DNA of 64,000 nt, taken from Podarcis erhardii (Eukaryota). A model generated the notes under the pieces. It saw only the letters and a program-made list of their open reading frames with translations. It was not told where the DNA came from and ran no database searches. Shown here one piece after another: positions 59,157 through 64,000 of the stretch; within the stretch, counting starts at the first letter, position 1; every line of letters begins with the position of its first letter. The position numbers and the translations under genes were made by a program. The DNA lies in assembly GCA_964252035.1 (NCBI GenBank), contig OZ176211.1. One strand, 5' to 3'.

Positions 59157-59841
59157 CCGTGTTAACGTGGACCTTCTTCATCCAAGGGTACACCACCGGC
59201 TCCTTGCCTTTCAGGCCGGGCAGGCTCTTGTCCGGCAAGAGCGGGCAGGCAGGGATTCCCCCGGGCGCTGTCGCCGCCGCCGCTGCTTCGCAATGGCGCT
59301 GGTGGGGCTGAGGCGGTGGCGGGACGTGGCCTTGGAGCAAGGGCTGGCTCGGGGCATGGTGGCCCTTCCGCGCGGGAGTCTGTGGAGCAGGCGGTGGCGG
59401 GGGTGGCGGCGGAGGAGGCGGTGGCGGCGAGGCTCCGGGAGGCAGCTGCTCCTGGCCCGGAGTGGCGCTGAGGCTGCTGTAGCCATAAGGCGACTCCGGG
59501 TAGTGGTGGGGTGGCTGCGCGGGGTACAGCGCCTCGGGAGGAGGAGGCGGAGGAGGCGGCGGCGGCGGCGCTGGCGGCTGGTATCCGGGCTCCCTGCTCG
59601 GCCGCTGGTAGTAATCGGGGAGAGGCTGGCCGGGGTGAGCCTGGTGGTGCTGCTGGCGCAGGTGCTGCTGCGGCTGTGGGTGGTGGTGATGGGGCTGCTG
59701 ATGGTGGGGCTGGTTCTGGTGGTGGTGGTAGCTGCTCCCGCCGCCGCCGCCGCCGCCGCCGCCGAGCTGCGAATATTCCTCGCAAGGAGGGAATTTGGGC
59801 TCGATGTAGTTGGAGTTTATCAAAAACGAACTCATGGTCAT
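59157..59841 (-). CDS. HOXA4: Homeobox protein Hox-A4, coding exon 1
   Basis: MTMSSFLINSNYIEPKFPPCEEYSQ...KGKEPVVYPWMKKVHVNT; donor CGG|GTGAGT at 59157/59156. Confidence 0.97.
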
Positions 59842-60092
59842 TAATTTGTGAAGTGCAAAAATACTAATTTTTCTCGCGTTGTCGTTTTTCTGGGCTCGAG
59901 GAGGCCCCTCCCCTCCTCCCCCTTCTCCTTCCTTCCTTCCCTCCCTCCCTCTTTCCTTCCTTCCCTCCCTCCCTCCTCCTCCTCCTCCAAGCCCCCTTGC
60001 TGCTGTTGTCAAGCGCCTGCTGCCAAAGTTTGGGCCTCCGCTCCCCCCTTCCTTTCCAATTCCCACCCCAAGAGCCTGGAACACACGCGCGC

Positions 60093-60096
<4 letters not shown>

Positions 60097-60145
<49 letters not shown>
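60097..60145. repeat. (CA)n microsatellite about 260 bp upstream of the HOXA4 ATG, preceded by (CG)n
   Basis: Direct reading. Confidence 0.95.
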
Positions 60146-60148
<3 letters not shown>

Positions 60149-63100
60149 CAGTGCCACCCCCACCACCTGACCGGCAGGGCCAATTGCTACGCGGTTGGCA
60201 GAGCCCGGATCAGGAAATGAAACGCTGGTGGACAAGCCCAGGACGGTCCCTGCCTGCCTGTCTTGCCTTTCTCGCGGCAGAGGCAAGGAGAAGCTGGAGA
60301 TTCCTTTCTGCGCGCTCCAGACAGCGGCAGTCAGAACCGAAGTCGGCGCAAGCGGTCTAACTAGAGAATTAGGCCGAGAGGAAAGCCTCCGGGCCATGCA
60401 GCTGTGGGCGAGGGGGCTGCTGCTTTGAGCGAGTTTCCCCAGTGAAAGCAGCGAGGGATCCTTGCTTGACATGCTAGGTCACATAAGACTAACCACGCTC
60501 GGTCGTTACCCCTTAAAACAGCTATGTGCTACTTAAGGTCAAGGTGGTTTAGGCAGTGATCTGGGGCAGCCGAAAAGTGTATGTCGCGGGAGACGTCCTC
60601 GTGTGCTATCAGGATGAGGGAACCAAGGGTAGTCCTTATTCCGGAATAATATATCCTCCCGAACACAAGCTGGGAGTTTGCGCATGTGTGCTATTTCTGA
60701 CCACAAGCACAAGGCCGTGGGTAGCAACAGTGTGAGCAAAGTGACTGAGCGCCAGCATTGTATATGTATCTGAAACCGAACATCAAACGCAGCGTACGGT
60801 TTCGCTCTCTGTATCTCCAGCCCTTACCAAGGCATGGAAAGGAAAGGAAACGCCGTGTCCTCCCGAGACATAAAAGGGCACCCGAGATCGCGTGGTTTCG
60901 GGGGCATCATTGAGTGATTGGACGGTAGCAGTGCAATCAATGAGACCAGTCGATCCTATGAAAACAGAGACCACCTAATTGCAACTAGCTATTTGTTTCT
61001 CTCTGATACCTCCCGGGGGCTTTTAAATGTTGCTCTTTTACGATAATTTAATTATTTTTAAAATCTTCCACCCCGTGGCAAATTTGGAGCTGCGGGGGCA
61101 TATCATTAAATAGAGAGGCCAATATAAAAATACTTTTTTTAAGAAAGGTGAATAGATTTTAATCAAAACCTCCAGCAGACTAGAGAGGCAGTTAAGATCA
61201 AGAATTACGCCCATTCACATGCCTAAATAAATAAATAAAGCTATCTAGTGCCCAGGAAACAGTATTTCCCTTTGAGAAAGCGAGAAAGGGAGAGGAATTG
61301 GTTATTTAAAACAGAATACACTGTTATCTTTCACAAGTACCGTAAACATTGCAGTTGAGCGTCGTGAATAGTCTTTACGACTTGTGTTACGATTGCTGGA
61401 AATTGATCCGTTTACAATACAGGAAGGAAAAGGAGGCGATGGCCTGACCTAGGGGGGTAATTGAAATCTGGACGTTAAAGTAGCCTTTATGATAGTATAT
61501 ATTAATTCAACCGCTTGGTAGGTCTAGTGACCCATCTTCGTTTTTAATATTTGAGCCTTTAGGGACACACCCATTTAATATAATATAAATATTAGTTAAA
61601 AATAATAAGAATTTGGAACTTGATAAAATGCCGCTCTGCCCTCTTCCCAAAGAACCAGTTTAGTTTTAAGAAAAAGATCCATAGAATAGGAGTGTTCATT
61701 CTCATCGTGATTATTTCACTCGAAGTGTGGACTGATGACTTTTTCGGTTGTATCAACCGTTCATAGCGCTCATGTGGATGACGATTGCATCTAGATTAAC
61801 CAGCTACAATTCTTTGTGTATAAATGTGTGTCAGTGCGCTCAATAGGTCCCGTTTTTATGCTCTCGTTGAATTTCCCTTCCTCTTCTCTGTGCGTCTCCC
61901 TTAAACTGCTGAGACCTTGTTCCACGATAACAACAATAATAGTAATAATACTATTAATAATAATAATAAAAGTGCCGGTTTCCAGATACTATCGGAAATA
62001 CCTCCGTCCTGGAAATGGCAGGAGCCCTCCCCACCCCCACCTTGTATATCTCCAGTGGATATTCTATGTATGCAAAGCTTTCTCGAATGCACCATACACT
62101 GTGGAAGCAAATATGATGCCACTGGCGAGTGGCAGGCCGTAAAACACTCGCAGACAATGCGGAAGTCAAATAGCAGGATCCAACACTTGGCTTTTTAACG
62201 CTGATTGCGCGCCTATGACATTTGTAGGAATGACAACCGGCTCCAGTCCCGTTTTATGGTTTCACGGAATAGTAGACCGGGATGCCAAGCTGTCCCTTTG
62301 GGGAGGTCTTTTGCCACTTACAAACAGCAACAATTAAGCCCATGGTTGGTGTTAAACGGCTAAAGCAAAGGCGCAGGGTTTTGTTTCGCTTTTCCCTCCC
62401 CTTTTCTCGCACACGCTGAAATGGACGGTGCGATTCTGGCACAGAAACACTGCAAGATGCACCTCTGACATAAACACTATCAATTTCCCTTGAGATAAAG
62501 CGGTGCCCTTGCATCTGAGGGCGATAGTAAATACCAGAAAACCACCAGGCGTCAAAACCGCAGGTTTTTTCCCCAAAACAAAACAAAAAAGAAAAGAAAC
62601 CACAACAAAACAAGGAAAGCAGGTACCTTCTCTCTCTTTTTTGTCTGCTGATTATTACCTTCGGAGAACGTCCCAGGGGCTGTTTAATATTAGCTCTTCT
62701 GATCTCAGAGCCTGGTCTGTTTCCCCCTGGTCAGCTTTCCACTGGGTGTCTCCTTTGCTCAGTTGCAACAAGCAATGAATATGATTCTAGAGCTGGGGCT
62801 GTAAATCTCCAAGGTGACCTAAGCTGCTCAGCTGCGGGAGCAGCCAGGGTTTCTCTCCCCACCCCCACCCCCACCTCCATGGGATTCTATCAGGCTGCAG
62901 AGATGGGCCTGTTCCTCGTCTTTGCGGTTTACATATCATAAACAAGAGCCCAGCCAAGACCACCAAGTTGTTATCTCATATGCGGCGGTTTCCACGTTCA
63001 GCCTCCCCTCCCGCTCCCTCCAGAGATTTATGGCTCCGCGGAGCAAATCCCGGAACGAACCTACACCGAACCCTGAACCCTGGCCTCCTGAAACTGCTTC

Positions 63101-63747
63101 AGAGCATCGCCTATCTTTTTTTTTAAACCACATACATTTCAGTGAGGGGGATTTCAGCACCAAGACCTCATCATCATCGCAGATCAGGGGAGGCTGAAGT
63201 TTAGCAGCTAACCAGTGAAGAACGTGGAAGATGGACCGAAATGAAAGTTGATGGCAAGATAAAATCCAAGGTTCCCAAGAAACAGGAGCCGGTCTCAGAA
63301 CTGGAGCAAACCAAGTAAATGGATAAGCGGAGAGTGCCAACCCCGACTAGCAAGTTCAGAGTGTAAATATAGAGGTGTGTGCGCGCGCATCGCAATCTTA
63401 GGTTGCGCTTTTATAGATAATCTATGCAATTAAACTTTCCAACTTGCCCACGCGCCTGGGAGGGAGAGAGGGAGCGAGCGAGCAATAGAGACGCGGGCGG
63501 GGGGGGGGGAGGCGGGGTGGCGGTGGAGAGCGACACCCGGCAGCCTGGCTTGAATTTGATTCGAGGCATTTTGAATATATTTAACCCAGCTTTCACTCTT
63601 GAATGCAAGCCTGCCCCAAGTTTCAAAGTGACCGAAAAGTGACACCGGGCGCATTTTGTTTCTTATTAATCTTACACATTGACAGTCTTTGTTAAATAAC
63701 AAGGCGTGCCCTTCACAAAGCGACATTTTCATATTTGTTAGACGCGC

Positions 63748-63764
63748 TGACCTGAAGTTCACCT
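63748..63764 (-). promoter_or_regulatory. Hoxa4 5' RARE (DR5 AGGTGA-ACTTC-AGGTCA)
   Basis: Plus tgacctgaagttcacct; matches the known mammalian HOXA4 upstream RARE; 3.9 kb upstream of the ATG in a conserved-looking block. Confidence 0.9.
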
Positions 63765-64000
63765 CGGCCTTGGACTTAGGGTTTTTTTTTTCTTCCCCTT
63801 CCGAGGTCTTTAAGAGCGTCTTTAAAAAAAAAAAATAGCAAGGGGCAGAGGGAGGCTCTGGGCAGGTCACTTATTCGCAAATGGGGAAGGAATCTTAAGG
63901 CGGCCGTGCGAGAAAACATGTAAACGTTGTGATAACGCAGCGGCTGCGTTTATCCTAAACTTCCTTTGAATCGGCAAAAGGTCCTCCCAGGGAACTGGAT

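Noticed and set aside
59134-59867. Antisense and alternative-frame ORFs of 118-236 aa over HOXA4 exon 1
   Set aside because: By-product of GC-rich codon repeats in the HOXA4 CDS
59842-60183. 114-aa in-frame upstream extension of HOXA4
   Set aside because: Runs through (GT)n and (GGAA)n repeats that lack stops by nature and probably extends past the TSS; the conserved start is MTMSSFL
1-64000. CTCF sites, CRISPR arrays, rRNA, transposase or reverse-transcriptase ORFs
   Set aside because: No convincing CTCF consensus found by eye (a PWM scan is needed); no spacer arrays, rRNA or autonomous TE coding sequence seen

Overview
Vertebrate genomic DNA covering the 3' (anterior) end of a HoxA cluster, with all genes on the minus strand: HOXA4 (59841->58305), HOXA3 (37176->32984), HOXA2 (27029->25119) and HOXA1 (19772->18097), followed by about 18 kb of 3' flank. 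Exon boundaries were read from GT/AG dinucleotides and frame continuity. Sauria-type SINEs with target-site duplications, CR1/L2 3' ends and squamate-style MITEs point to a squamate reptile, probably a lacertid lizard (inference). The classic regulatory landscape is recognisable: four DR5 RAREs (13653, 40555, 55375, 63748), the Hoxa2 r2, r4 and r3/r5 modules, the Hox4 intronic HB1 element, miR-10 and miR-99/100 seed sites, and a HOTAIRM1-like divergent transcript start. The most notable observations are: (i) out-of-frame uORFs overlapping the HOXA1 and HOXA3 start codons, the HOXA1 one ending in an AUGA stop-start on the conserved MNSF methionine; (ii) absence of both splice sites of the mammalian homeodomain-less Hoxa1 isoform; (iii) a relocated poly-His tract in HOXA1; (iv) a possible spliced 123-aa ORF in the HOTAIRM1-like transcript whose stop lies inside AATAAA; (v) short non-autonomous transposons inside the cluster, including an intact hAT MITE in the HOXA3 intron and many ~90-130 bp palindromic elements. 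Four N gaps limit what can be seen; one hides the HOXA1 exon 2 acceptor. Comparisons with mammalian or chicken sequence are from memory and need alignment to confirm.
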